Origin: the human T2T-CHM13v2.0 reference genome, Homo sapiens
NCBI RefSeq assembly: GCF_009914755.1
Contig: NC_060932.1
Reading direction: 5' to 3' (one strand)
DNA length: 64,000 bases
This document shows, in pieces, positions 13,815-30,413 of this stretch (the stretch's first letter is position 1; each line of letters opens with the position of its first letter). The position numbers and the translations under genes were made by a program. Below the pieces are notes generated by a model. That model had not been told where the DNA came from, made no database searches, and worked only from the letters and a program-made list of their open reading frames with translations.

Positions 13815-14329
13815 CTTGTAAGGAAAAGAATTGTTAGTTAGTGAAGGCTATTCTAATGAAATATTTTATATTTATTGAATTTCTACTTCTCCAAGGTACT
13901 CTGTTAAGATATTGTAGTGGTTATAAAGTAATATGATGTTACCAGAGCCCTAAGGAATCTCTGAAACTTGCTGAGAAGATTAGATATATAAATGTGTGTA
14001 TATATGTAAACGTATAAGCATATATGTATGTACATGCAGACTTATGCATACACACAAGAAAAGGTACCCCATCTGGTCCAGGATAGGTGGGATATGGGTG
14101 TTTTTTGTATTAGATGCTGCAGCGCTCAGAAGAAAGGTGCTGCTCTTTCAAGCTTAGTGCTCATGAAGTGCTTTTTTGAGAAGGGAGAGTTTCAACTGGG
14201 CTGGACCCTTGGGTAGGATATTAGCTTTCTCCTAAACTATTTATATTTTAATATTAATCCTAATGATAATAATAGCACTTAATGCTATGTGAGAAATACT
14301 CCTTCATGGGGAGGTGAATACTTCTCCCA

Positions 14330-14830
<501 letters not shown>

Positions 14831-14895
14831 TAACGTTAATATAGACATTATTATTCCCATTTCCAATGAGGAAATTGAAACTTAGGGACATTGAG

Positions 14896-15345
<450 letters not shown>

Positions 15346-15383
15346 CTATGGCATGTACTTAATACATAACAGTTAATATGTGA

Positions 15384-15699
<316 letters not shown>

Positions 15700-15985
15700 A
15701 GAAAAGCTTTTTAAAAATTATTTAGAGAGCTGGTAAAATTATGCCATGTAAGTCCTAAGATACTTTATTAATGGTTATATAGTTTGCCTTCCTAATTTCA
15801 ACTTATAAACATACATTGCTATAAATATGTTCAATGAAGAGCATACCACTTTTAAACTAAAAATAGTTCCTGTCCATTAAGCCAGAGGAAACAAATCCAA
15901 GAGAGTAGAGACTATGTATTTGAGAATGTTAACTGTTTCCCAGGAACAAACTCAAAGACATGCACAGTCAAGGTATTTGGCAGGG

Positions 15986-16289
15986 TTTTTTGTTTTTTGT
16001 TTTGAGATGGAGTCTCGGAGTCTCGCGCTGTGGCCTGGGCTGTTGTGCAGTGGCGCGATCTCAGCTCGCTGCAACCTCCGCCTCCCGGATTCAAGCAGTT
16101 CTCCTGCCTCAGGCTCCTGAGTAGTTAGGATTACAGGTGTGCCACCACGCCCAGCTAATTTTTTGTATTTTTAGTAGAGACGTGGTTTCATTATGTTGTC
16201 CAGGCTGGTCTCGAACTCCTGACTTCCTGATTCGTCCACCTCGGCCTTCCAAAGTGCTGGAATTACAGGCATGAGCCACCGTGCCTGGC
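15986..16289 (-). mobile_element. Alu (AluS-like)
   Basis: Alu consensus with small GGAGTCTC duplication. Confidence 0.93.
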
Positions 16290-17675
16290 TGGCATTTTTT
16301 TTTTTTTTTTAATAAGATACAAGAGGAAAATTGGATAGCCTGACACTACATTATTCAGCACCTAAAGAGGCTTTCTGTGATAATTGCAGGAAAAGCAGCA
16401 ACTAAAGATGTTTCAATATCTTCATTTTGTTTGTACAAGGCCAGTAAATAAAGCTTTCAAAATATAGACACTTTTAAAAATAGAAAAACAGTGACCAGAT
16501 GTCAGATTCCTCTCTCTGACATTTTCCTTCCAATATAAAGTTTAGTACACATGAATTTGCACATTGCAGAGTTTTGTTTTAAAGGAAGGGGACCTCATAT
16601 TCCCTTTTTTGAGTCCCGTATAAGTCAGCTGTCTTATTTAATAATGAAATATGTCAATGATGGCATCTTTATGTTTCAGAATTATTTTCTGTCTACTAAC
16701 AAGTTACCACAGCTTCTGTTAATGTCACATTAGAAGCTGGTGAAATATTCTATACATTTCACTAGCTTTTCTGCGAAGGCATATGAAGAGCAGAGAAACA
16801 TTATTTTCCCACCTGCTTGATAAAGAAACCTTGAACCGGCCATTTAACACTGCTGTGAGTTATCTGAAGCCTCCTGAGTCACTTTGCACTTACTTTCCTA
16901 GGAACCGAAAGCATGTGAAATTGACATACACGTTTCACTGAGTGATAGTTGGGTTCAGATCACGTCTTACCTTCCGTTTAACAGAGATGTATTGAACACC
17001 TACCATGTACGAGGTGTTTTTTAGGGTTTTGGAGAAAAATCAAGAAATGAAAGCATCATGAACCATAGTCTTAAGCCTGCGGAAATTTAGATGTTTTGAT
17101 GGTCTTCACATCATCAAGCTAAAAAGACAAGGCTATGAATGTCTCCCTTGAGGAAAAACTACCCTTGTGGCCATGTAAGGTCTGTAAATAGAAGTTATCA
17201 CAGGGAATACATATGAAGATCATGGTTTCACTGAAGAGAAAATGGAGACCCTGAGAAGTCACCTTTGGTGTCACGAGCACCTTCAGGTGAAAGGAAGTAG
17301 CCTTAGGCTGGGAATCCCACCTCTGCACATGGCTTCCTGTGTCACAAGGGCAGACACCCTGCTGTGGACCTCAGGTGCATGTCTGTCTAGGTGAATATCT
17401 ATCTAAATAAAGCTCTATGTAAAATGAAGGCATTCGATTTCATGGCCTCTCGGGCCCCTTTTAGTTCGAATGATCTGGTAAATCCACCTTTTTTTGACAG
17501 TAATATTTTCTGACTCTTTAACCCTGCAAACAATATTAACCAGCCAAGGAACTGGCTACCCATTACATATCTCGCCCATAAGCAATAACAATCAGTATTA
17601 ATAATAATTATTAGATATTCAATTGTAGCTCTTAAATGTATTCCAGCCCCCTGATCGTTGTAAATTAGTATGTAA

Positions 17676-17933
17676 TTTTGGAGAGATGGGGGTCTGTCTT
17701 TGTTGCCCAGGTTGGTATCAAACTCCTAGGTTCAAGCGATCCACCTGCCTCAGCCGTCCAAATAGGAGGGATTACAGGTGTGTGCCACCACATCTGGCTA
17801 ATTTTTGTATTTTTTGTAAAAATGAGTTCTCATTATATTGCCCTGGCTAGTCTCAAACTCCTGGCCTCAAGAAATCCTATCACTCTGGCCTCCCAAAGTG
17901 CTGGGATTATAGGCATGAGCCACTGTGCCTGGC
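17676..17933 (-). mobile_element. Old Alu/FLAM-like dimer
   Basis: Two monomers, both left-arm-like. Confidence 0.8.
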
Positions 17934-18542
17934 TTGAATCTATTCTATAAAGAAAGCAATTGCACTTTTGGGGAATTATAAAAGATTATTTAAAATGTGG
18001 TTTGTCCAATGTGAAACACCATTTGCATATTTTTGTAATGATATACTTGCAAATAAAATCATAGGCCAGTCAGAATTAAGGTAGAAAACACAGCATGCAG
18101 AACTCATACACCTGTAAAATCATCAACACTATTTTCTTTTTTTATTATTTATAGCTGTTGATGAAAAAAACCTTTTTATTTCCTTTCATATCTGTGACAA
18201 AAAAATACGATTTCTACAGCTGATGAGAAAAAGCTTATTCTTCCTACAGGCATAGTTGAAAGCCAATATGATTGGAAAAATATTTGCAAAGATGATATTT
18301 GGGGAACATAATTGACCCAAATTGGTAGTTTTAGCATTGTAGCATGCTAAATTTGAAACCCAAGTGGGGAAACAGTATTCAGTATTAGGGTATGTTCTAC
18401 AAACTGGACATATCCTAGGTTTGTCACGGACATCATTGTATAACAGGCAAGAGAAAAGTAATCTCCAGCTCCCATGTGTTCCGGGAATCACTGCAGCATT
18501 TTGAAGAGAACATTACTAAGTAAGACTATTTTAAGAAAACGA

Positions 18543-18660
18543 CGCCAGGTACGGTGGCTCATGCCTGTAATCCCAGCACTTTAGGATGCTGCGGTGGGCA
18601 GAAGGCTTAAATTCAGGAGTTTGAGACCAGCCTGGGCAATATGGCAAAACCTTGCCTCTA

Positions 18661-18694
<34 letters not shown>

Positions 18695-18870
18695 GCTGGG
18701 TGTGTGACACATGCCTGTAGTCCCAGCTACTCAGGAGGCTGACATGGGAGAATCACCTGAGCCCAGGAGGTTGAGGATGCAGTAAGCTGAGATGGCACCA
18801 CTGCACTCCAGCCAGGGCAACCAGAGTGAGACCCTGTCTCAAAAAAAAAACACAGAAAAGAAAATGAAAT
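18543..18870 (+). mobile_element. Alu (AluJ-like) with long central A tract
   Basis: Alu consensus; A-run 18663-18691. Confidence 0.93.
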
Positions 18871-19526
18871 TAGCAGGATTGTTATATCTCAATGATTGGT
18901 CTCAAATGTTCATTTACTGTTTGTAGAGGAGAAATCTGAAACATGAAAGAAAAATATTTGAATTTTAAAAATCTATTTGCTTTTCAAAACCCTAAATCAA
19001 TAATGACTTAAACTTGGTATCCAAAGGACAGAAAGAATTATTTCAGCTTAGTTCTTGATTAACAGTAAAGAACAATTATTGAACAAGAAGTTTATCATTT
19101 TTGGTTAAGAATAAAGAATTATTTAAATTGTGAAATAGGATATATTGTTATAGCCATGTTCCATGTTGTATATACATGTCTTCATTAAAAACAAGGAAAT
19201 AGGCACACCAGGTATGTGCATAAAATTATCCTCTTTTGTCCCAAGTGGAACAGACATATGAAAACAGTCCCCACCTATCCCCTACAATTTTTTTTCTATT
19301 GTTGATCTTGAGATTTTTCTATATTTTATTTAAATATTAATATAATCATGTTTAATATTTTTGGTTTTACTTTATCGTGTGTTTGAAGAGGAAACATTGG
19401 ATCATAAAATGTGCATTGGCTTACAGTATAAGTGTAGCTTTCATACTATAGACCATTCTGCGTTGAGTGAAGCTAAGTCCCCAAGGGCAAAGGATCTTGG
19501 TCAAGTTAATACTGAAATAAAATGCC

Positions 19527-19736
19527 TGGGCCAGTGGTTCTTTCACTCCACAGCACTAGCTGTATTTTTATAATAGATTAGCATGTAGAATACTGAGGCA
19601 GGGTTTGGAGGATTACTCTAAGAGGATCTTTTGGGCCAGTGGTTCTTTCACTCCACAGCACTAGCTGTATTTTTATAATAGATTAGCATGTAGAATACTG
19701 AGGCAGGGTTTGGAGGATTACTCTAAGAGGATCTTT
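19527..19736. repeat. Perfect tandem duplication, 2 x 105 bp
   Basis: 19527-19631 identical to 19632-19736. Confidence 0.97.
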
Positions 19737-19960
19737 AAGGGGCCAGGGAATGAAAGGTAAAATCCAGGACTGTGTTAGGAGAGCTGTGCCTGTGCAGGAA
19801 TTTTCTCCAAGCCCTCTCCCTTCTCCTCCCTCATGAGGTTTCTGACCCTTACACTAGACATGAAGAAACTCACCATTCTGATAATTCATCATTTGAGACC
19901 GACTTTCATATCTGGAAAGTGTGCAGTCCTGAATTATAAATGTTTTAGTACTGTTATTAC

Positions 19961-20082
19961 CTGTTCTTATCTTGCAATTTGTTTATTTCACTGGTCTGGT
20001 CCAAAATCTGTTTTTCCAATTTGTTTGTCGAGAGGGAGTGTTCCAAGAGCTGAAGTTCAAGTCTCGTGGTCTGATTTAATAC
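19961..20082 (-). CDS. ANGPT2: ANGPT2 exon 3 (coiled coil)
   Basis: TTTAG|GTATTAAAT...AACAG|GTAATA; VLNQTTRLELQLLEHSLSTNKLEKQILDQTSEINKLQDKN; 122 nt. Confidence 0.98.
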
Positions 20083-20200
20083 CTAAATGTAACAAAATGA
20101 AGTTCCTATTAATTATTTTTTAATTAGTTTAACTTTCTAACTTCCTTTTCATTAAAGTACCCAAGCTACAGGAAAACATAACAAAAACATTATTTATTAA

Positions 20201-20614
<414 letters not shown>

Positions 20615-21863
20615 GTTATGTCTCTATCTTGGAAAGTGGTTAGTAGTTCTGGACAATGGGGTCTGTGCCAAATACTAAATGTTATTTTTCTAGTCTGCCA
20701 TATTTTATTTCATACAATGAGACAAGTAGGAGTAGAAAATGGTCATATTTCATAGGTCGAAAGTATTTTCCCTTTGCCGAAAACAAAATGCTATTCTCAT
20801 ATTTATTTGTCACTAGACAGAGAGATTGGAAGTCACATGCTTCCATTATATAAAAATATAGATAATTTTTAGCCTGGGATTTCCTCATTTGTCACCACTT
20901 GTTTAGACTTTTATTTCTTCTTGCCATTTCTCCTTCCTGTTTTAAAACTTGTTTGAACCAATCGAAGCCGTATAGCGTGAGTGTGAAGCGGAGCCTCAGC
21001 CTTGCCGTGCGGGCCTTTGTGACCTACTGCGTGGCATGAGCAGTGCGGCTCTCCCGCGGATTCTCTAGCGCCTGGTTGCCCTTCAGCAGGAAGAATCGAT
21101 TACTCACTTCCTCCATGTCATGCTTATTCAGGATGTGATATCACACGCAAATGTCAGTCAGCATTGTTGCCAAGGAACCGGGGACCTTGAAAGAATCATT
21201 GTTTGCTGGTGTCTTTATGTCATTTGCAGGAGCCTTGGCTGGTCCACAGCGTGGGTTTCAGGGATGGTCTTATCCTTAGAGCTGGTTTAGTTCTTATCAC
21301 AAAAAGTCTTCTGTGAGAATAAAGTCCTTGGCCAACATAAGGTTTTGTTTGGGTTTTAATATTAACACCTGGAATATACATTTGGCCTACGTCTTCTTTG
21401 AGTCCAAACATTCTATGTTGGTTATTTCTAAAAGGAACTGGAAAATTGTGTCCTGTTTAATTCATAAGGGTTATAACATCAGTAAAATCCCGTGGGGAGG
21501 CAGGGAAGGATGGCACATAAGTCATGATTGGCCCAGTAGTAATTGTAACCATTTTCACATCACTTTTCTGGAGAGCATCAAACCGCTGGACCAGCCTGAA
21601 GGCGTCCATCTGCAGGGGACTGTAAATTACCCAGGCCAGGTAATGATCTCTCATTCCCTTTAAGATATGAGACCTCCAGCCACCCATTGTTGCTCAATTT
21701 GATCGTCTCTCATTCTGACAGGCTTGGAGAATCTTGCTTCTAATCAGAAATTTTCAGATTTGAATTTAAGTCTGTTTCACAAAATCAGTAACTGCTCAGC
21801 AAGTACCTTCAAACAGAGTGGGTACATAATTCAGTTTCTTTGCGGCCTTCCTTAAGCTCAGCC

Positions 21864-22204
<341 letters not shown>

Positions 22205-22599
22205 TAATTGGGCTTCACATGGAAAAACTGCTTACTTTCCATCTGTTTTCTTATTTTCCTATTATCCTGGATAACATGATATCTAGTTTCACAATAGGCG
22301 TTTTTTTTTTTTAAATCATATGACGCAACACAAGTACATCAAATGCTATGAAGTCTCTGACCGCTATAGGATGTAGCAAGGTTTGCATTGCTGCTCTGTC
22401 CTAACACTTTTTCATTACTATTATTATTTTTTATTTTTTTAAATTTTTGCCAAGTTCCCATGCTTGGATCTAACTATTATTTTAAAATATAAGAAATGTT
22501 GTAGTTTAAAAATGCTTATGAGACATTTTTTGGATGAGCTATTCAATTACCCATCAGTGTTAGTATCAAAAGGTGGGGCATGTGACTTAATCATTACTA

Positions 22600-22989
<390 letters not shown>

Positions 22990-23695
22990 TAATAATTCGC
23001 TTTAGATATATATTGATATATTGACTTTTAAATCTTTAGTTTTTATGACTTCCTAGGATTTAAATTTTTAGTACCTTATGATCCATTATGTAAAATATTT
23101 ATGTATGTTTTTCCTGAACTGTTGTGATATTGTGGAAAGACCTGGTAATCAAGTAATTTGTTATTCTATTCTCTTATCTGTAAGTCTTTTGTTAATCTAT
23201 CATTTCGCTACTGTTTTCTCTGACCTCATCCAACCATTTTTAGGAAGACAATGAAAGAACAGCTGTGTCCTTCTAGAATGAGTCTTACGAGAGTGGCAGG
23301 GCTTATGGCATCTCCCCTCTCATGTCCTCTCCTGGCTGACGTCTAGCATTTCTTGATCCTTTTTGCTGAAGTAGCATTTAGGAATAATATGGAGTGGGGA
23401 TTGTTTCACTTAAATCTGCTCTTTTTTTAAAAGCATTCCTTATAGCCCAGAGTAGGAAGCCACTGACTTCAGAAGCATGTAAAGAAGCCAGGATGAGGAG
23501 TCAGAAAGCGGGCTTGGCCGCCGAGAGTCACGACCACGGCCTTGAGCTTGGAGCGTCTGCATTTGTACTGCTAATAGCAGCTTTTCCCTTTCCCACCCAG
23601 GCCGTTCGCTGGGTCACATGTTGTGCATCATTTAGCATGTCTCTCGGTGAATTTTCTTCTTTTGAAATTTTCCTATTTTGCTCTTATTTTACTAG

Positions 23696-24056
<361 letters not shown>

Positions 24057-24752
24057 TAGCTCATAGAATCTCACAGTGGAAAGAGAACTTAGCAATCACT
24101 TGTCTGGCCCAACCCTGTATATTATTTGAGGCCCAGAAAAGGTGAGTGCCTCATTGTGATGCATTTATTTGGTTAGTGGCGGACCTGGAGCCATGGCAGC
24201 GCTCAGGGCTCTTGCTCGGGCGTGCACCATCTTTTCTGTGGCTAGACGCTTCTCACTGTCCCACTTGTCTCCTTCTCCATAAACTCATTCCACAGGCTGT
24301 GTTAGCTGTTGAGATTCAGGTTTTATCTTAACTCAAGAGTTAGATTTAAGGCCAGAGTTTCTAGCTCTTTGCCTCAGTGCTTTTCATTTCTCAAATGTTC
24401 AAAGACTTTAGGACTTAGAAATGGAAAATGATTCCCGGAGTCCAGAAAGCACCAGGGAGACAGAGGGGGTATTCATCTTGCAGTGGTTGGGATGCGTGGC
24501 ATGAAAATGACTCACATGTCTTCAGTAGATAGAACACATGAAATTTAACCTCAGTATTAAAAACAAAAACAGATTTACTGATTTTTAATTCATAAGCAGC
24601 CATACATCCTTAATTTCTTATCAATTCATTCCTTTTCTCCTGTGGTGGTGCTTTCTTTAGTTTCTCATGCCTTCATTGAGGAAGCTCCTGACGCGACTGA
24701 GTGCTAGTCTCTAGCTGCAGGGACACCGTGTGCTTTATGTGGCATTACTTAC

Positions 24753-24908
24753 TTGGGCTTCCACATCAGTTAACTTCCGCGTTTGCTCAGCTGTTTGGTT
24801 CAACAGGTTTGTCCCTATTTCTATCATCACAGCCGTCTGGTTCTGTACTGCATTCTGCTGTATCTCTACCATTTCTTTCTTCATGTTGTCCTGGATATAA
24901 TTCTCAAG
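24753..24908 (-). CDS. ANGPT2: ANGPT2 exon 2 (aa 97-148, coiled coil)
   Basis: TTCTTTTCTAG|CTTGAGAAT...GCCCAA|GTAAGT; LENYIQDNMKKEMVEIQQNAVQNQTAVMIEIGTNLLNQTAEQTRKLTDVEAQ; 156 nt, phase 0/0. Confidence 0.98.
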
Positions 24909-26566
24909 CTAGAAAAGAACAGTGTTAGAAGGCAGTCATTAGTCAAATGACCGGAAACCTGATTCCTAAATGTTTGTCATCTCCTCCCTATCTTTAAAAA
25001 AAAAAAAAAAAAATCTATCAAAAGACTTGTACCTTGCCTTCCTTTTGGAATCTTACTATTTTTTTTTATCATTAGGAAAATACAGTGTGATTTTATTTTT
25101 ATGCAAAATCTGGCAACTTAGTCACATCATGTAAAGGAGGGAGACAAGCTACTGGTTGCTTCTGTGTTCTTCTAGAAGTCCATGTCATGGCAGGCCACAG
25201 AGGGTGGTGAGGGCAGCCACAGGGACTGCTGGGTGCTGCCACTGTGGGGTTGTGTCTGTCCTACCCAGCTGCAACTCTGACCATGCAGTCAGGAAATGAT
25301 AATTTGACACAAAGAAGCATCACTATTTCTCTCACATTCTAGACTTTTGGTTTCTCCACATAGACTTGAGAAGACACTCTAAGACAGCATATAAGGAGAG
25401 GAGCACCCTTTTGATTTTCCTTTTAACCTGCGGAATCACCACTCAGTTCCACATTCTGTGGGGTCTTCCCCACCTTCCTCCGTATTGAGTTAATTCGACC
25501 TATTAAATTTTTCCTAACATGTATGCATTTTTCACAATTTTGTCATTTCATGTATCAAGCAAACTTTTAATCGCACCTTGGTCCATTTATCACCTAACGT
25601 GCCATGGGCTGGTTCTTCTCTCCCTCAGTTACTAAAGATGATGATCATGCCGACTAATTTTAGCATTAACTGAAACACAAGAGAAGGAAGAAGCTCATTT
25701 CACTGCCATTGGTATAGCTATCCCTGTCTATGGCAGTAAAATTACATGATTATGTATAACTGCAAGACAACTGAGTACGTGGGAAGAGCCTTTGGGCTTG
25801 GAGCCAGGGAAGCCTGCCCTCTGCTTTATAGTCTTGGTTCTAGGAAAGTTGCTTAACCTTTTGGGACCCTAGTTTCCTCATATGTAAAATAGGGTTTCTG
25901 GTTGGTCAGAGGAGTGTCTTAAAGAGGGGTTAAGCTGTGCTTTTAAAGTCATTGTGTATGCGTAACTCCAGATACTTAGCGTTTAGTTTCTTTTTTTTTT
26001 TTTTTTTTTTTTTTTAAATAATCTAATGATGGGAACCATTCTTCCATTCCCTGGTCCAAAGTATAAGCTCGTGAGTGCACAAACCATGTTTTCTTCCTTT
26101 TCACATAGTGTAACAAACATTGTTTATTACATTGAATAATTGAAAGATGATTATAAAACTGGTTCTGGTGCCCTCCTTTAAAAACTTAGAATTCTTTATA
26201 GAGGAACCATTCGTGGAGTCAGTCATCAGACATGATTTCCCCCAAAATGTTAACCACTAAATAATTCTGTGCTTTCTGTCTTTAAGAGTAGGAAAATAGG
26301 ATGGGAAGGGTAGAGTTTCTCTCTTAGAGCTTCTTTGTTGATGCATTTCATAGATTGTGTCTTGTGACTGGTATCAGATGGTTTTAGGATTAGGCTGGAA
26401 CTATAAGTTTCCTGTTTCCGATGCCCCCTCGCCATCGACTCTGCCCCACTTCTCTAAGCTCCCAGCTCCCTGCATGCCCCTCAGCCTGGTCACTAAGGCT
26501 GCCTCCCTGGCAGTCGTTCTCCCGTGGATATTGGATGGGTCAGATGAGCAGGATGCATGAGAGGCA

Positions 26567-26878
26567 CAGTCAGCCCTCCATCTGTGGCCTCCACATCTAC
26601 GGGTTCAACCACACCATCAATATATTTAAAAAAAAAAATAACAATACAACAATAAAAAACAAAAATTGCAAAACAATACAGTATAGCAACTATTTACATG
26701 GCATTGACATTGTGTTAGGTATTCTAAGCAACCTCGAGATGATTTAGAGTATACGAGAGGATGTGTATAGGTTATATGCAGATCTACCCTGTTTTACGGA
26801 AGAGGCTTGAGCACCGTGGATTTTGGTATTCTCGGGAATCTTGGAATCAGTCCCCCACAGACATCAAGGGACAGTTGT
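26567..26878 (-). mobile_element. TcMar-Tigger fossil (MER2/Tigger3-like)
   Basis: TIR-like CAGTCAGCCCTCCATCTGTGG / CCACAGACATCAAGGGACAGTTG-TA; GGATTTTGGTAT core. Confidence 0.8.
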
Positions 26879-26922
26879 ACTAGAGCTCCAAGCATGTGTA
26901 AAATCATTTTGTTGAAATGTTA

Positions 26923-26990
26923 CTCAAGCCATCCACCCGCCTCAGCCCCCCAAAGTGCTGGGACTACGAGCGTGAGCCAGCACATCTGGC
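26923..26990 (-). mobile_element. Alu 5' fragment
   Basis: CCCAAAGTGCTGGGACTACGAGCGTGAGCC. Confidence 0.75.
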
Positions 26991-28187
26991 TGAAGCCTTA
27001 GTTTTCCATATGAACCAAAACAGAGTAGACCACTACTTTAAAAAATTAAAGTATTAAAAAATTTTTAAAAATTTAAAAAAATAAAAAGTCAGTCACTGAT
27101 ACCCGGCAGGCCAGCAACCATCTCTATTATAGGCTTCATAAAATGTGAAGAGTCTGAAATCTTACTAACCGTTTCTCAGAGTTAGCTCAGGCTTTTTAGT
27201 GTGTGTGATCTTTCTTAATTCATTCTTTCTCCTTCCTCCCCTGCCTTTATAAAACTGTAACTTTTGTGATTGAAATAAACTATTTAAAAGAAGCCATAAA
27301 TAGCAGTTCGTAATTCTCCCCTCCGCTCATCGCCATGGGAGTAATGGAATTTTTGAGGTTGCAGTTAAAGCTGTGTGTCACCCAGAGGCACTGTCTTAGT
27401 TACTCCTCACAGCACCCCAGCCAAGATAATATTTAAAAAGTTTCATTCTGGGAGGCTTGGAACTATAGAGATAGACTCCAGCTGGAGTTTAGTTTAAGCC
27501 CATACTCAGAAATAATAATTTACAAAGTGGTATAAATAAAAAGTCTTAACCTCCTTCTTGATTTCAGTACTTAAGAGCTAAATAAAAATTATTGTATTTT
27601 GTCACTCTAAATCATACAACCAGAGAGGGAAAATGAATCCTCTAATACTGCCTTCCCCCATTTCTAGAGCTACTGAGTCAGATGTGTTTGCAACTCTCCA
27701 GAGATATGAGAGGATTGTTTATAATTGAAAACTTAAAGTCAAATTCCAATTTGAAATTAAACTTAGGAACTTTGAAAGACATACAGGCCCAATTTTAAAA
27801 AATAAAATTTCTTAACCTGCCATATTGTTTTCTAAACATAAAAACAATAGAATGCAAGATCCTTTTTAAATTGCTACTTTTTAGCTATTCAGGATGACTA
27901 AGTATAGGTTCACAGTGGGTGAGCTAATGTGTGTCCATTTATGTTAATCTTACATAAAAGCAGATTACAAATACACATGATGTGTGTATATACAGATAGG
28001 TATATAGCATATATGTATATAGTGTCTATAAATATATACAGCTCTTGAAGCATGTATCATTTAAATAAAAGAAAATTCTGTGTGATACTGACTGCATTGC
28101 TAATTAATTGAAGTCTTTGGGAGAAGAATGGAACAGAACCAAAAATGTGCAGTAGTAGATATTTTGTGTTGATTTAAAAAGATATTT

Positions 28188-28500
<313 letters not shown>

Positions 28501-30413
28501 TTAAAAGTAAAAATACTTATGTTCTTACTCTTGAAGTCATTAAATTAAGGTTTTAAGAGAAATATATGATGTGACAGTCAGGTACTCTTTAAAAACAAGG
28601 AAGAATACTGTATATTTAGCCCCAGAAACACTAGCGACAGGAACAGCCACAGTAATGGTAGGTACTGTTTCTTGGTTGCCGGCACTGCCTGTGCTGTATG
28701 GGAATCGCTGTGTCGGGATCCCAGGCGCCTCACATCAGCACAGGTGGATGCAGGGCTGAGCACTGGAATGACCCTCAGCAAAATGTTAGCTCAACCCAGA
28801 GGCCGCTTCATACTTTTCCAGCCTTTTAAGAGCCAAAAGTGATATATCTCAAAATTGGCTTGAGTATGCCTTCCAATTCCAGGCTTCACAATGCCTTAAG
28901 AAAACAGACAGACCACCCACCCCTCAGTGGAGGGCCATTTTTACCACCAGAAAAGCCCAGAATTAAAGATGACCAATGCCAATTCTATCTTCTGGGAGCA
29001 TCCTGACAAAAGAATCTGTGTTTTCTTCCAAAGATTAGTAGTAATTTTTAGAGATACAGAAAGACTATGGATGTCCATCATGTAGTATAAAAATGAACAT
29101 TTCCAAATAAAGATGTCCCATTTAATGTAGCCTTTCCATAAATCACCACGTATCAAGGATAATGAGAACAAACCTAGAAACAAAGCCATCTGGCTCATCC
29201 ACTTGGATAGACAGACCTTGAAATTTCCCTGTCTCTTGACCTTGATGAATTAGTTATTTTCTAGTTTATTGTCCTAGAATGTCTTTCTGTTTAGTGTCTC
29301 TCTTATTTTTACTGGCTGTGACTGAAACCCAGAAATATAGAAACCTGCCCAGAAATATGAAATTCCATTCTAAGTATAAGGAAGTCTTAGTACAAGAAAA
29401 AAAAAAAAAAAAAACCAACCCAGTAAATAAGCCATCCTCCACTGGCAGCACCAAACTCCACTTGCCTTTGGAGAATGTTTCCCATCCCTGTCATCTGCAC
29501 CGAACTGCTCTCATCAAAACAGTTCCAAGATACTTGAACCTCCCGTGGGAGGGGACCCGGCTCTTTCCAATTTCACATGCATAGCATGTGAAACATATTC
29601 ATGTTTCGCAGGAATGTTTGCCATCGCCTTCATATCTGAAGAGGATTATTCCATGAGCGTGATCTGTAGGCACACGTGTCTGAATAGGTCCTGCTGTATA
29701 TGTGTGCGAGGACAGTGTGTGTTCATTTTGTCCTCTTCTTGATGGTTGACACAGTCGGCAAAGTGTGGGGCCTTGGGCTGTTCTTCCTTTCTCAGAACTC
29801 AAGTGAGTTATGCAAGTTTAACATTGAGGGCCACAGTGATCCTTCTAGCTGCATGGTTTGCTGCTTAGTGTTATTTGATTTGCTAAAAGAGTTGCGCCCC
29901 AGACATAGTCTTTAAAACTTGGCAGCGCATCGAAACTCAAGCAACCAGGATGAAATATTTTAATGCAACATATATATATATATGTTTACATTAATATATA
30001 TATATTTTAGTGCAAAATATGTTCTGAAGTTTTTTATTACTCCCACAACGTTTTGAATGATCAAATTTGACAGGAAAAATAGGTCCATTTGTGAGGCAAC
30101 TATGGCAGATTGATTACACATTTAAAAGTTTATCTGGCTATCTTCCTTCTCACCAAGATTGTCATCATTATTTTTTATACCAAAAGAAAAGTAATCTTGA
30201 AACTGGCTCAGTAAAGGAAAACATAGATAATATATGAAAACTATCCCCAACTTGGAGATTCTGATGTTGATTTCTCACCAACTGTAGATGCTGGTTGAGA
30301 GATCCTTTCTATTTAAATAAAATTCAAGGTCCTTAGACCTTTTTACTAATTAGTTTTTGTCCATCTGAGTGACCTAAGGTGGACAAAAACTAATTAATCA
30401 GAGGGTCTAAAGA

